DNA of 64,000 nucleotides from a virus. Made by a program: the position numbers and the translations under genes. Positions 36,139 to 46,829 of the stretch are shown one piece after another. The notes beneath the pieces are model-generated. The model saw only the letters and a program-made list of their open reading frames with translations. It was not told the origin of the DNA and did no database searches. Location of the stretch: the IMG/VR virus record IMGVR_UViG_3300032050_000036, positions 49,499 through 113,498 of that record; one strand, written 5' to 3'. Every line of letters begins with the position of its first letter. The stretch's first letter is position 1.

Positions 36139-36858
36139 ATGGCTGTTTCAAAATCCATGGACTTTCCATCAAGTAAAAAATCAAGTTATGCTGCACAAGT
36201 TGTAGAAACTCAAAATACTAATACTGATGTTTTAATTAATTATGTTCCTGTCCCTGGCCCAATGGGACCACAAGGACCTGCTGGGGTACCTGGACCTCAA
36301 GGACCTGCAGGAAAAGACGGGATTCAGGGACCCAAGGGCGAAAGAGGCATACCTGGTAAAGACGGTCTAAGTTCTTTATCTGTATCTGGACAACAGGCAG
36401 GCTGGGGATCATATTTTAATCAAAACAGAAAAGAAATAAGATTAGGAGCAAATCAGGGAGAAGATGGCTGGGTCAGTGTTTGGGTAGATTCAAAGGGTAT
36501 CAATACAAATGAAAAATATTTACCAGAAGGATGCACCAGCCTTTGGAATGAGCATCAAAGAATGCTTAATTTTCATGGCCTTAAAATAGGATGTCAGGTG
36601 TTTGTAACATATAATTTTGAACTTACTACACATAGCAATAATACAGAGGTTTGGCTTAGAACCTTTTTCCCTAAATCTACCACAGAAATTTCACAATATG
36701 TAGCGTCGTTAAAATATCAATATGTTTATAATATGTATGTTACTCAACAATTTTTTATAGAAGATAGTGCAATGTGGTCTTCTGGAGCGATACCTCAAAT
36801 TAGAACTGACTACGACTCCTCATTATTAATGAATTCCATCTACGTTAGCGTGGTATAA
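36139..36858 (+). CDS. Collagen-like virion protein
   Basis: GPMGPQGPAG... triplets. Confidence 0.8.
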   Translation: MAVSKSMDFPSSKKSSYAAQVVETQNTNTDVLINYVPVPGPMGPQGPAGVPGPQGPAGKDGIQGPKGERGIPGKDGLSSLSVSGQQAGWGSYFNQNRKEIRLGANQGEDGWVSVWVDSKGINTNEKYLPEGCTSLWNEHQRMLNFHGLKIGCQVFVTYNFELTTHSNNTEVWLRTFFPKSTTEISQYVASLKYQYVYNMYVTQQFFIEDSAMWSSGAIPQIRTDYDSSLLMNSIYVSVV

Positions 36859-36865
36859 TAATTGC

Positions 36866-37300
36866 ATGGCATTTCCTGGAACATACAATATTTCATACTA
36901 CATGGGGGACACTTACGAGTTTAGGGTATATCCCAAAACAGCAAGTGGAGATGTTTATTCTTTATCTCCATTTGTTTATGATGATGATAACAATCCAGCA
37001 ACTGCTGATTTTGATAGTGCCATTTTTGCTTTTGCAGAAGAAAAAGCAGTAGGAGGTTCAAATCCTCCAGAACCATCGGGCTATCATAAATGTTATGCTA
37101 AAATTTCTGATGATAAGTCATACATAACTTGTGCAATAAGACCAGAAGATGCAGCATATTTAGATCCTACAAAAACATATGTTTATGATGTACAGGTAAG
37201 TAAGCCAGCAGGTGGTGGAGACTATAAAACAGTTATAACTTTAATGACTGGAAGCATAAGTGTTACAGGTCAGGTTATTATTGCTGAGAATATAGGATAA
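36866..37300 (+). CDS. Virion adaptor-like protein
   Basis: YNI..YMGDT, YVYDVQV, TLMTGSISV. Confidence 0.65.
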   Translation: MAFPGTYNISYYMGDTYEFRVYPKTASGDVYSLSPFVYDDDNNPATADFDSAIFAFAEEKAVGGSNPPEPSGYHKCYAKISDDKSYITCAIRPEDAAYLDPTKTYVYDVQVSKPAGGGDYKTVITLMTGSISVTGQVIIAENIG

Positions 37301-37301
37301 A

Positions 37302-37874
37302 ATGGCAGAAGTTGTATTAAGTACAGAAGATTTGGTTGTTTTAGGTGGGCCAGATACCATCAATGTTGAAGTAGACTTCGGGCCACAAGGTGATCGTGGT
37401 AGTTTAATATTTGTAGGAAATGGAAAGCCAGATTTAATAGATATTGGGCAAGACCCCAATGTATTTGATCTTTATATAAACCTTCTTAAAACTGATGACG
37501 AATATTTAATGATTTATCAATATGTAGAATCTTTAGGATCGTTACAGTGGCAAACTTTAACAAAGTTAATTCCTAATACATATGTAACAAATCAAAGCAT
37601 TAATTTTGATACCGTCAATTATTGCTATGTTCCAATTGCATCAATCGTAGATCCTTCATATGTAGGAAATACAGATGCATCTAATTTTAGCGTACAGGTA
37701 ACATTTGGAACTTCGGCAGGGTATCCAATTGTAAGTTCAATCAAAACAGAAGTTGTCACAGTTAGTGGTATAGAAAATTTAAAAATAACATTTTATGCTA
37801 AGGAATTTGACGGAGCCAATTGGATTGACATAACTGGATCTAGAACGGCTAACCTTCACATTTCGGTGGTATAA
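37302..37874 (+). CDS. Virion structural protein
   Basis: DFGPQGDRGS; tail cluster context. Confidence 0.65.
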   Translation: MAEVVLSTEDLVVLGGPDTINVEVDFGPQGDRGSLIFVGNGKPDLIDIGQDPNVFDLYINLLKTDDEYLMIYQYVESLGSLQWQTLTKLIPNTYVTNQSINFDTVNYCYVPIASIVDPSYVGNTDASNFSVQVTFGTSAGYPIVSSIKTEVVTVSGIENLKITFYAKEFDGANWIDITGSRTANLHISVV

Positions 37875-37891
37875 TCTAGGGGGTGATGTAA

Positions 37892-39244
37892 GTGGCAGTT
37901 GAAGATATAGGTAATTTATGGAATACCAAGCAGCCAGGTTATGATGATACGGCTGATATTCAGGCAGCCCTAAAAGCATTTCTGTATGGAAGTTATACTT
38001 ATGACCCTACAAATACAGATCCTACACAACTTCCAAATCCATCATTAGCAAAGCATTTACAAGGTTTGAGTGATAGGTTAACAGACCAGGAAGAACTTGG
38101 AATAGGTTCTGATTATCTTACACTTGCACAGATTGCAGCATTGTCATCTCCAGAAGACGGATATATTGCTATGGCATCTGACTCTAATGGTGGAGCAGTT
38201 GAATCTTTATATGCCTCCGCATTTTACACAAATGAGGCACCTACAACAGACATTGTAGATGGAGTTCTCTGGGTAGATAAAGATTCTGATGCACTTGATA
38301 CTTATGTTTATAATGAAACAGATGATGAGTGGGTAAGAATAAACGATTTAAAAAATATTATTGCAGCAAAGGGAGATTTGCTTGTTGGAACAGCAGCAGA
38401 AGGTCTAGATAATCTTACAGTTGGTGCAAATGGAACAGTCTTAACTGCAGACAACACTCAGCCACTCGGCATTAAATGGGAAGCACCTTCAGTTTATTCA
38501 CAGCCAACACTTGGAACAACAGTAATTGCTTCTGGTGCAACAGTAACTAATGTTAATGGTTTAACAATTAACTCAACAACAATTCCAACATCTAAAACTT
38601 TAGTTGCAACTGATTCAACAGCATATGTTGTGCCACCAATGTCAGGTAATGCAGGAAAATATTTAACAAATGACGGATCAACACCATCATGGGCAACAGT
38701 ATCTTCTTCAAGTGGATTAACTTTAATTACATCTCAAAGTTTTACTAACAGTACATCTGTACAAATTAATAACTGTTTTTCATCAACCTATAGAAATTAT
38801 AGAGTTATGTTATCAATAACAGGAATTTCTGCTCAATCAACAAACGTATACTTTAGATATAGTTCTGGAGGAACTCCAAATAGCAGTGCTATTTATTCAT
38901 TTACCGCATTAGATGGCGGACCAACATCATCTCCAACAGCATCTGCTGGAAGAAATCTTACCGCTACACAATTTGAATGCGGATACTATGATCCAGGATA
39001 CAGCCCAAACAATCAAATGCCATATTACGCAACTATGGATATTTTTGCTCCGTATATTGGACAATATGAAAAAGGCATGCTTGGATTTAGTTGTTCTACA
39101 TATGCTACTGCCCCAATAAATACCTATGTTAAGTTCTGGTCTGGTTGGTGTTTATCTAATGCATCATTTGATGGATTCCAGATAAGGCCACAAGGCGCAG
39201 ATGGAATTACTGGTATTATTAGGGTCTACGGGTACCAGGATTAG
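37892..39244 (+). CDS. Tail fibre-like protein
   Basis: AKGDLLVGT..LTVGANGTVLTAD, GKYLTNDG, C-terminal Y.NYRV..G.IRVYG module. Confidence 0.75.
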   Translation: MAVEDIGNLWNTKQPGYDDTADIQAALKAFLYGSYTYDPTNTDPTQLPNPSLAKHLQGLSDRLTDQEELGIGSDYLTLAQIAALSSPEDGYIAMASDSNGGAVESLYASAFYTNEAPTTDIVDGVLWVDKDSDALDTYVYNETDDEWVRINDLKNIIAAKGDLLVGTAAEGLDNLTVGANGTVLTADNTQPLGIKWEAPSVYSQPTLGTTVIASGATVTNVNGLTINSTTIPTSKTLVATDSTAYVVPPMSGNAGKYLTNDGSTPSWATVSSSSGLTLITSQSFTNSTSVQINNCFSSTYRNYRVMLSITGISAQSTNVYFRYSSGGTPNSSAIYSFTALDGGPTSSPTASAGRNLTATQFECGYYDPGYSPNNQMPYYATMDIFAPYIGQYEKGMLGFSCSTYATAPINTYVKFWSGWCLSNASFDGFQIRPQGADGITGIIRVYGYQD

Positions 39245-39252
39245 GAGATAAC

Positions 39253-39471
39253 ATGACAAATTTAAATGAAACTATTGTTGATGTTGCGAATAATACAGTT
39301 ACTGTTAATGATATATCTGCACAAAAAATTGCAGAACTTGCTTCTGAAGGTGCAAGAATAGAAGAAGAAAGACTTGCAGCAATAGAGGCTAGAAAAAATG
39401 CTAGGGCAGCATTAATTACTAAACTAGGTATTACTGAAGAAGAAGCACAACTTTTATGGGGTGATAATTAA
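39253..39471 (+). CDS. Small fibre-associated protein
   Basis: KLGITEEEA motif after fibre gene. Confidence 0.65.
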   Translation: MTNLNETIVDVANNTVTVNDISAQKIAELASEGARIEEERLAAIEARKNARAALITKLGITEEEAQLLWGDN

Positions 39472-40100
39472 TGTCAACAGTTAGTTCAACTAGTAAAGTA
39501 GCATACATGTATGATCAAACATCAGATACTTGGTATGCAGTTGCTGGTACGGCCAATACAAATGTTGCATATAACTGGCAGGCTGCACATACTTTTGGCT
39601 CTGTTGTAACTGTTAATGATGTTATTCGTGCTAAGGCTGGAGTAAATAGATTTCAAAACTATACCGCCAGAGATGCAGTGATTACTTCTCCAGCAAAAGG
39701 GACTGTATGCTTTGTTGAGCAAACAAATGGCGGTACTGATATAAACCAACTTCAAATTTATAATGGTACATCATGGGTAGGAATGCTTGATACTGCAACT
39801 CTAAGCACTAAAACTGCTGATTATAACTTAGGTCTTGCAGATGCAGGACAAACATTATTAATTGATTCTACTAGCGATAGAACTGTTACTGTTCCACTCA
39901 ATTCTGCTGTACCGTTCGCAAATGGACAAAGAATAGATGTTGTAAGATTAAATACTGGCAATGTAACATTTGCTGGAGCAGTTGGTGTAACAATTAATAG
40001 CAAAAATTCAAACAAGAAAATTGCTGCAAGGTATTCTGGCGCAACTCTTATCAAATATGATACAGATACCTGGGTACTTATTGGCGATTTGACGGCGTAG
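39471..40100 (+). CDS. Tail fibre-like protein
   Basis: C-terminal VTVP.N..V.F..G..YSGATLIK..W.L.GDL shared with 49211 ORF. Confidence 0.75.
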   Translation: MSTVSSTSKVAYMYDQTSDTWYAVAGTANTNVAYNWQAAHTFGSVVTVNDVIRAKAGVNRFQNYTARDAVITSPAKGTVCFVEQTNGGTDINQLQIYNGTSWVGMLDTATLSTKTADYNLGLADAGQTLLIDSTSDRTVTVPLNSAVPFANGQRIDVVRLNTGNVTFAGAVGVTINSKNSNKKIAARYSGATLIKYDTDTWVLIGDLTA

Positions 40101-40108
40101 GTGATCCA

Positions 40109-42217
40109 ATGCTTGGCTGGCTTGGTAAATGGGCGGGATCCAAAGGAATGGGAAAAATCCCAAACCTTATCGGTTTAACAAAACAACAAGCAAGAGAAAC
40201 TTTACAAAACGCTGGATTTAATTATGGACTAGAGAGTGAAGAAGTTCAAGGCAATGAGTCTTTAACAAATAAAGTTAAATCACAAGGCAAAGCACATAAT
40301 GATCTTGTTGATTATGAAACATCAGTAGATTATGTTATTCATACATTTACTTTTACCCCATATTCATTTACACCTACATATTCATTTACCCCTATGACAT
40401 ATTCTTTTACACCAGTTTCATATTCGTTTACTCCACAAGTATATTCTTTTACCCCACAAGTATATTCGTTTACACCACAGGTATATTCGTTTACACCACA
40501 GGTATATTCGTTTACACCAATGACTGTAACTTGTGAACCATGTGAAAATTATGGAAATGTATTGGTAATTCCAACATGTAATGGAGAAGATTCTTATGAG
40601 GGATACTGGCAACCTCAAAGACAAAACTGCTCAGATGGATCAACCGTCGACTGTCCAAATATATTTGTTGGATACGGCAATATTCTTGAGGCTAATTCTA
40701 CATCTTGTGGAGGATCTGGAACTTACTCCTTTACCCCACAAACTTATTCCTTTACACCTTACTCCTTTACGCCTACGCCTTACACATTTACACCTACCTC
40801 TAACAACTGTCCTTCGCCAGGAGCATGGGGCGATTGGGGTCCTTGCGTAGATGGAGTCCAGAAGAGAACACGTACCAACTATGACGATGTTCCAGGCTGT
40901 CCTCCATTTATTGAAGAAGAGACGCAGTCTTGTACTGGAACTTACTCCTTTACGCCTTACTCATTTACACCTTACTCCTTTACGCCTTACACATTTACAC
41001 CTACCTCTAACAACTGTCCTTCGCCAGGAGCATGGGGCGATTGGGGTCCTTGCGTAGATGGAGTCCAGAAGAGAACACGTACTAACTACGATGATGTTAC
41101 AGGATGCCCTCCATTTATCGAAGAAGAGACGCAGTCTTGTGTTGTAGCATACTCCTTTACACCTTACACATTTACACCTACCTCTAACAACTGTCCTGCA
41201 CCAGGAGCATGGAGTGCGTGGGGTCCTTGCATAGATGGAGTCCAGAAGAGAACACGTACTAACTACGATGATGTTACAGGATGCCCTCCATTTATCGAAG
41301 AAGAGACTCAGTCTTGTACTGGAACTTACTCCTTTACACCTTACTCATTTACTCCTTATTCCTTTACTCCTTATTCCTTTACACCAACAGCATATTCCTT
41401 TACTCCTTATTCCTTTACACCAGTTTCTAATGGCTGTCCTGCACCAGGAGCATGGAGTGCGTGGGGTCCTTGCGTAGATGGAGTTCAAACAAGAACACGT
41501 ACTAACTATGATGATCTTCCAGGCTGTCCTCCATTTATCGAAGAAGAGACTCAGTCTTGTGTTGTAGCATACTCCTTTACACCTTACTCCTTTACACCTT
41601 ACTCCTTTACACCTTACTCATTTACTCCTTATTCCTTTACACCAATGACATATTCGTTCACACCTTATTCATTCACGCCTTATTCATTCACGCCTTATTC
41701 ATTCACGCCTTATTCATTCACGCCTTATTCATTCACGCCTACATATGCATTTACACCAGTTTCTAATGGCTGTCCTGCACCAGGAGCATGGAGTGCGTGG
41801 GGTCCTTGCGTAGGTGGAGTGCAGACAAGAACACGTACTAACTACGACGATCTTCCAGGATGTCCTTCATTTATTGAAGAAGAAACACAGTCTTGTGTTG
41901 TAGCATATTCCTTTACTCCTTATTCCTTCACACCTTATGCCTTTACACCTACATATGCATTTACACCAATGACATATTCATTTACACCTTATTCCTTTAC
42001 ACCAGTAGCATATTCATTCACACCTTATTCCTTTACACCAATGACATATTCATTTACACCTTATTCCTTTACACCAACAGCATACTCATTCACGCCTACA
42101 TATGCATTTACACCAACAAGTTCGGGCTGTGCTTGTGCTGGACTAGATAATTGTACTGGCGCATGCTGTGTAGAATGCGGTGGTTTCCTAAGTGGAGGGG
42201 AATGTGTAGGATGCTAA
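40109..42217 (+). CDS. PASTA-like / YSFTP-repeat / thrombospondin-like repeat protein
   Basis: IPNLIGLT...A...L..AG; dozens of Y(S/T/A)FTP; five W..WGPC..G...RTR...C...C modules. Confidence 0.8.
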   Translation: MLGWLGKWAGSKGMGKIPNLIGLTKQQARETLQNAGFNYGLESEEVQGNESLTNKVKSQGKAHNDLVDYETSVDYVIHTFTFTPYSFTPTYSFTPMTYSFTPVSYSFTPQVYSFTPQVYSFTPQVYSFTPQVYSFTPMTVTCEPCENYGNVLVIPTCNGEDSYEGYWQPQRQNCSDGSTVDCPNIFVGYGNILEANSTSCGGSGTYSFTPQTYSFTPYSFTPTPYTFTPTSNNCPSPGAWGDWGPCVDGVQKRTRTNYDDVPGCPPFIEEETQSCTGTYSFTPYSFTPYSFTPYTFTPTSNNCPSPGAWGDWGPCVDGVQKRTRTNYDDVTGCPPFIEEETQSCVVAYSFTPYTFTPTSNNCPAPGAWSAWGPCIDGVQKRTRTNYDDVTGCPPFIEEETQSCTGTYSFTPYSFTPYSFTPYSFTPTAYSFTPYSFTPVSNGCPAPGAWSAWGPCVDGVQTRTRTNYDDLPGCPPFIEEETQSCVVAYSFTPYSFTPYSFTPYSFTPYSFTPMTYSFTPYSFTPYSFTPYSFTPYSFTPYSFTPTYAFTPVSNGCPAPGAWSAWGPCVGGVQTRTRTNYDDLPGCPSFIEEETQSCVVAYSFTPYSFTPYAFTPTYAFTPMTYSFTPYSFTPVAYSFTPYSFTPMTYSFTPYSFTPTAYSFTPTYAFTPTSSGCACAGLDNCTGACCVECGGFLSGGECVGC

Positions 42218-42236
42218 AATATAAAAAGGAGAAAAA

Positions 42237-42431
42237 ATGACAATTCGTAAATATGTTTTTATTATTGATGGAGAGGTAGGGCCAGACTTGCAATTTGATG
42301 ATTCTAAAAGTGAAACAAATGCAGCACTTGCTGCAGCAATGTCTTCTGATCCAAAAGTAATAGAAATACCATTAGACTCGCCAGTAACAATTGGATGGAG
42401 ATGGAATGGTACAGAATTTGTACAAGAATAA
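42237..42431 (+). CDS. Small partner protein of YSFTP gene
   Basis: AAGGAG RBS; FIIDGEV..P..IGWRWNGTEF. Confidence 0.7.
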   Translation: MTIRKYVFIIDGEVGPDLQFDDSKSETNAALAAAMSSDPKVIEIPLDSPVTIGWRWNGTEFVQE

Positions 42432-42437
42432 TTTAAA

Positions 42438-42472
42438 TGATGGGAGAGAGTTTTTTACCCTCTCCCAATCAT
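42438..42472. terminator. Hairpin between convergent genes
   Basis: TGATGGGAGAG/CTCTCCCAATCA. Confidence 0.6.
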
Positions 42473-42473
42473 A

Positions 42474-43037
42474 TTAGTTTGGAAAGTTTAACATTAACTC
42501 TTTAGTTCTTGGTGTAATGCCTTTCCAGGCAATCCAATTTTCACCGCCGTTTGACATGTGAAATGCAACCTGAGCATTTAATACTGGATTAAACAACTCA
42601 TAGTTTGACTCTAAATTAAACTTATCTCTACGTTCAGGACCTAGGTCACCAATCATATTTATTTGAAATAAGCCATAAGAACTATCTTTAGTTCTTTTGC
42701 TAAGGTTTAGCGCCATTGGTCTACCGCCAGATTCTTTCTTGGCAATAGCCCAAGCCTCCCTTAGTTTTTGACCTTCAAAGCCTACTAGGCGTAGTAGATT
42801 TTTTAGGTCTTTGTCAGATAGATTTACAGCATTTTTGTATTTTTCTAACTGATCTTCTTTAGCCTCAGAAACACTTTTGGCCACTTTCGTGGCCTCTATT
42901 GTTTCTTGCAGCACGACAGGCGTACTGTCGTTTAATCGGTTTTCAGAAGCATTAGCCAAGTTTGACCAAACGGAAAACATAGCCAATATGCTGAGTGTTC
43001 CAATGATGTTCCTATTATTATACATAAAGTTAATCAT
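42474..43037 (-). CDS. Secreted lysozyme-like / lytic transglycosylase
   Basis: Signal peptide; AIAKKESGG, SYGLFQIN; AAGGAGG RBS. Confidence 0.85.
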   Translation of the reverse strand: MINFMYNNRNIIGTLSILAMFSVWSNLANASENRLNDSTPVVLQETIEATKVAKSVSEAKEDQLEKYKNAVNLSDKDLKNLLRLVGFEGQKLREAWAIAKKESGGRPMALNLSKRTKDSSYGLFQINMIGDLGPERRDKFNLESNYELFNPVLNAQVAFHMSNGGENWIAWKGITPRTKELMLNFPN

Positions 43038-43144
43038 AGTTTCCTCCTTAGAAACGTAATGACACCTTGTTAAAGGGTGTCATATTACTTCTTAGTATAA
43101 CACAATTTAAAGACCATAGTCAAATAATGCTATAATTGATTTCT

Positions 43145-43660
43145 ATGGCCGAAATAACTAATAATTATGGACTCACATATCCAGAATCTTCTGATCCTGT
43201 AAATGTACATAATGATATTAAAAAATTAGCAGATGATGTTGATGATGCTATTTCTTCTCTTGATGCCTCAAATGTGCGGGTAAAAGTAATAAATAACTCA
43301 GGATCAACTATAGGTGCAGCAAAACCAGTATATGCAGTCGGACATGAGAACAATAAAACAGAAATTGAATTATTTACATCATCATTATCTGATAACTACC
43401 CTTTACTTGGTTTAACAAAAACATCTTTAATAAATGGAGCAAGTGGAGAAGTTGTTGTTGCTGGAGTTTTAACAAATGTAAATACAAGCAGTTTTTCAGA
43501 CGGAGAACTATTATATGTAGACTCTTCTGGCGTTCTTACAACCACTATAACAGGTGGTGCAGTAGGAATAGTCGCAGTATCAAGTACAACAAATGGAGTA
43601 ATTGTTGTTCAGGCAAAAGGCAACGGTACTTGGGGAGCACTAAAGAAAGGACTATCATAG
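43145..43660 (+). CDS. Virion structural protein
   Basis: LTYP...VNVH.D...LA; TGCTATAAT upstream. Confidence 0.65.
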   Translation: MAEITNNYGLTYPESSDPVNVHNDIKKLADDVDDAISSLDASNVRVKVINNSGSTIGAAKPVYAVGHENNKTEIELFTSSLSDNYPLLGLTKTSLINGASGEVVVAGVLTNVNTSSFSDGELLYVDSSGVLTTTITGGAVGIVAVSSTTNGVIVVQAKGNGTWGALKKGLS

Positions 43661-44691
43661 TGAAAAAAAAGACAGCACTTGTTTTTGGAGCAGGCGGTTT
43701 TATAGGATCACATATGGTCAAAAGACTAAAACAAGAAAATTATTGGGTTCGTGGTGTTGATCTAAAATATCCAGAATTTGAAAAGTCACATGCAGATGAA
43801 TTTATAGTTAGAGATCTCTCTGATTATGAAAATGTAGAAAAGGTTATTCAATTTAAAGGATATGCAGGTAATTTTTATTATAATGTTTTTCCAAAATTTA
43901 TAGATTCTTTTGATGAAATTTATCAATTTGCAGCAGATATGGGCGGAGCAGGATATATCTTTACTGGAGATAATGATGCAAATATTATGGAAAATTCTGG
44001 ATTAATAAATTTAAATCTTTTAAGAGCACAGAATAAATTAAATATTAAAAAAAATATTAATAAAACAAAAATTTTTTATAGTAGTTCTGCATGCATTTAT
44101 CCATCTCACATTCAAGAATCAGAAAATAATAATGGATTAAAAGAAGCAGATGCATATCCAGCCAACCCTGATAGCGAATACGGCTGGGAAAAACTTTTTA
44201 GTGAAAGACTATTTTTATCATTTAATAAAAATTATAATATACCAATAGCAATAGCACGATACCATAATATTTATGGTCCAGGCGGTACTTGGCAGGGGGG
44301 TAAAGAAAAGGCCCCTGCTGCAATATGTAGAAAAGTTATACAAGCAAAAGATACAGTAGAAGTTTGGGGAAATGGAAAGCAGACCAGATCATTTTTATAT
44401 ATTGATGATTGTATAGATGCTACAAGGAAATTAATGCAGTCTAACTTTACTGGCCCTATTAACATTGGCTCTGAAGAGATGGTTAGTATTAATGAGTTAG
44501 TTGACATAGCATGTTCTATAGAAAATAAAAAAATTATTAAAAAACATGTAGTTGGTCCAGTGGGAGTTCGTGGAAGAAATTCTAACAATGACTTAATTAG
44601 ATCTGAATTAAATTGGGACTATAAAACTTCTTTAAGGGATGGAATTAAAAAAACATATGACTGGATCAAACAACAAAACCAAATATTCTAA
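43660..44691 (+). CDS. NAD-dependent epimerase, GDP-mannose 3,5-epimerase-like
   Basis: GAGGFIG, AADMGGAG, SSACIY, YGWEK, EKAPAA, GVRGRNS. Confidence 0.9.
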   Translation: MKKKTALVFGAGGFIGSHMVKRLKQENYWVRGVDLKYPEFEKSHADEFIVRDLSDYENVEKVIQFKGYAGNFYYNVFPKFIDSFDEIYQFAADMGGAGYIFTGDNDANIMENSGLINLNLLRAQNKLNIKKNINKTKIFYSSSACIYPSHIQESENNNGLKEADAYPANPDSEYGWEKLFSERLFLSFNKNYNIPIAIARYHNIYGPGGTWQGGKEKAPAAICRKVIQAKDTVEVWGNGKQTRSFLYIDDCIDATRKLMQSNFTGPINIGSEEMVSINELVDIACSIENKKIIKKHVVGPVGVRGRNSNNDLIRSELNWDYKTSLRDGIKKTYDWIKQQNQIF

Positions 44692-45709
44692 TTTTATATT
44701 CTATAAACTACATCACGCTGGTTTAATAAACAGGTTATATAGTTTACAATGTGCAATTGGAATATCACATATAATGAATAGGCAATTAGTTTTATATAAC
44801 CTTAAAGACAGAAATGGAAAATATTTAGATGATCCATCTGTACACTATATAAAAAATTATAATTTATCTTATGGAGCAAAAAGTAATATTATTAATAATA
44901 TTGAATATACAAAATTTTTTGATTTAATAGATTATGATGAAGAAAAAATTTTTGATAAAATTAACTATTACACAATTTCAAAATTTTATGATAATGAATA
45001 TACCTATACACATCCACTACATAATTCTTTTATAACTGTTTCAGAAACCTCTGAAGATAAAAATTTATTTAACGCTTTTGAAATTGATTTAACAAAAGAT
45101 GAACCATATCATTTTAAAGGCGACAACTTATCCAACTATTCTACATTATTTTTAAATAGAACAAAAGAATTAGACATTGCTTTGTCTAGTACAATGTTTA
45201 AAAAAGAATACCATGAATTTGCAGAATTGGTTAGTAAAAGTTTGGGTAAATATAACTGTATCCATGTTAGGCTTACTGATCATAAACATAACTTTAATGT
45301 TACAGAAAATAATTTAATTGATGCAATAGAAAATTTAAACAATTTACCAATTATAGTTTGTACAGATGAGCCAGAACACGAAATGTTTAAAAATAAAAAT
45401 ATTAAACTTATAGATGATATTATTGTAAACAATTTTTCAAAAGAGTTCAAAGATTTATCTATCAACTCAGAGATAGTTTTTGGATTGGTATCACTTTTAA
45501 TTGCATCAAAATCTCAAGATTTTATAGGAACATATTTTAGTACATTCACATCATATATTCATAGGCAACACTACCAAAGAGACATAATCAAGCCTGCAAA
45601 ATTTTTAGGAAGGTCTGATTTATCTGAGTCAGGATCACCATGGTCTTGGGTAGGCATAGGAAAGCAAGGAATAGCAAGAGACTGGCCAGAGTCAAGACTT
45701 ATGATATAA
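44657..45709 (+). CDS. O-fucosyltransferase-like (GT-B) protein
   Basis: GLIN, IHVRLTD, CTDE, FIGTYFSTFT. Confidence 0.72.
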   Translation: MTGSNNKTKYSNFIFYKLHHAGLINRLYSLQCAIGISHIMNRQLVLYNLKDRNGKYLDDPSVHYIKNYNLSYGAKSNIINNIEYTKFFDLIDYDEEKIFDKINYYTISKFYDNEYTYTHPLHNSFITVSETSEDKNLFNAFEIDLTKDEPYHFKGDNLSNYSTLFLNRTKELDIALSSTMFKKEYHEFAELVSKSLGKYNCIHVRLTDHKHNFNVTENNLIDAIENLNNLPIIVCTDEPEHEMFKNKNIKLIDDIIVNNFSKEFKDLSINSEIVFGLVSLLIASKSQDFIGTYFSTFTSYIHRQHYQRDIIKPAKFLGRSDLSESGSPWSWVGIGKQGIARDWPESRLMI

Positions 45710-45716
45710 TTCCATT

Positions 45717-46106
45717 ATGGCTACCTTTCGAAATCAAACTACAGATAGTTATGCACTAGGCTCAACTCCACCAGAAATAAGATGGACTATAGTTAGAGGA
45801 GACTCTGCAGCATTTAGAGTTTATGTTACAGATGACGAAAGAAATCCACTACTCATGGAAGATTGGCAAGTTGATATGGACATATATCGTCCATCTACAG
45901 ATGAGGTTGTTTTATCCTTAGAACCACAACCAATTGAATTTCAAGATAGTGAAGGTAGTTTTACTGTTTCTCTGACATCAGTGCAGTCTGAAATTTTAGA
46001 AACAGGAGATGTTTTTGATATACAACTTACAGAACTTAATTCTGGCACCAGAGTTTGGACGGTAGCCAAAGGTTCAATGGTTATTATTGAAGACATAACA
46101 GATTAA
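45717..46106 (+). CDS. Virion adaptor-like protein
   Basis: VRGDS..F.V, FDIQL, VWT..G......DIT. Confidence 0.65.
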   Translation: MATFRNQTTDSYALGSTPPEIRWTIVRGDSAAFRVYVTDDERNPLLMEDWQVDMDIYRPSTDEVVLSLEPQPIEFQDSEGSFTVSLTSVQSEILETGDVFDIQLTELNSGTRVWTVAKGSMVIIEDITD

Positions 46107-46351
46107 TGACAGCAAGTTTAAAACCAATATCTGATCAAGTATATAGAACAACACATCGTATAGCACATGCTCAAATAAAACCACTTGAAGAGCGGTATGT
46201 AAAAATAAATGACATAACATCTAAGGTAATAGTAGAAGAAATAGTCCCATTCAAAGTACAGTTTATAAATGTTGGAGTTTTTGGTTTTTCTAAAGACAAT
46301 CCAGCAGGAGTTGGAGTTGCAGTTATTGGTTACAGTAACTACATTCTTTAA
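46106..46351 (+). CDS. Hypothetical protein
   Basis: Coupled ORF. Confidence 0.6.
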   Translation: MTASLKPISDQVYRTTHRIAHAQIKPLEERYVKINDITSKVIVEEIVPFKVQFINVGVFGFSKDNPAGVGVAVIGYSNYIL

Positions 46352-46382
46352 TAAATAATAAAAAAGGAGTTATAATAAGGCC

Positions 46383-46829
46383 ATGGCAAAAATATCAATC
46401 CCCAATTTGAAGACTAAGTTTGAGACTGGAGATCGTCCATCTCAACAAGATTATGAAGATTTAATTGACTCAGCCTCTGCTCGTTCCACAGATCTTGGAT
46501 CTATGGGGAACAATGAAAATACAATTTATGGACTTGAGAATCCAACAGTAGTTGATAATTTTGATGCCACAGAGTGGCGTATGGTTAAGTACATTGTTTC
46601 AATCGCTAAAACAACAGCAGGAGACAATAAATTTTATGCAACAGAATTGACCATACTTGTAGACGGTACAAATGTAAACGTCTCTGAGTATGGAACAATA
46701 GACAATGATGGGAATATTGGCACCATTAGCGTCTCCAGGGCTGGAAATACAGTATCCTTAACGGTTACTCCAGACCCTGCAATTAAGCCAGTCACAGTTC
46801 GTTACGCACGAATTGGACTTAAGGCATAA
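46383..46829 (+). CDS. Virion structural protein
   Basis: LK..FETGD.P...Y.DLIDS; KY.V..SEYG module shared with next ORF. Confidence 0.7.
   Translation: MAKISIPNLKTKFETGDRPSQQDYEDLIDSASARSTDLGSMGNNENTIYGLENPTVVDNFDATEWRMVKYIVSIAKTTAGDNKFYATELTILVDGTNVNVSEYGTIDNDGNIGTISVSRAGNTVSLTVTPDPAIKPVTVRYARIGLKA

Noticed and set aside
40300-42200. Repeat-spacer pattern suggesting a CRISPR array or DGR
   Set aside because: Repeats are in-frame coding units with non-unique spacers; no cas or reverse transcriptase gene, and no adenine-specific variation noticed
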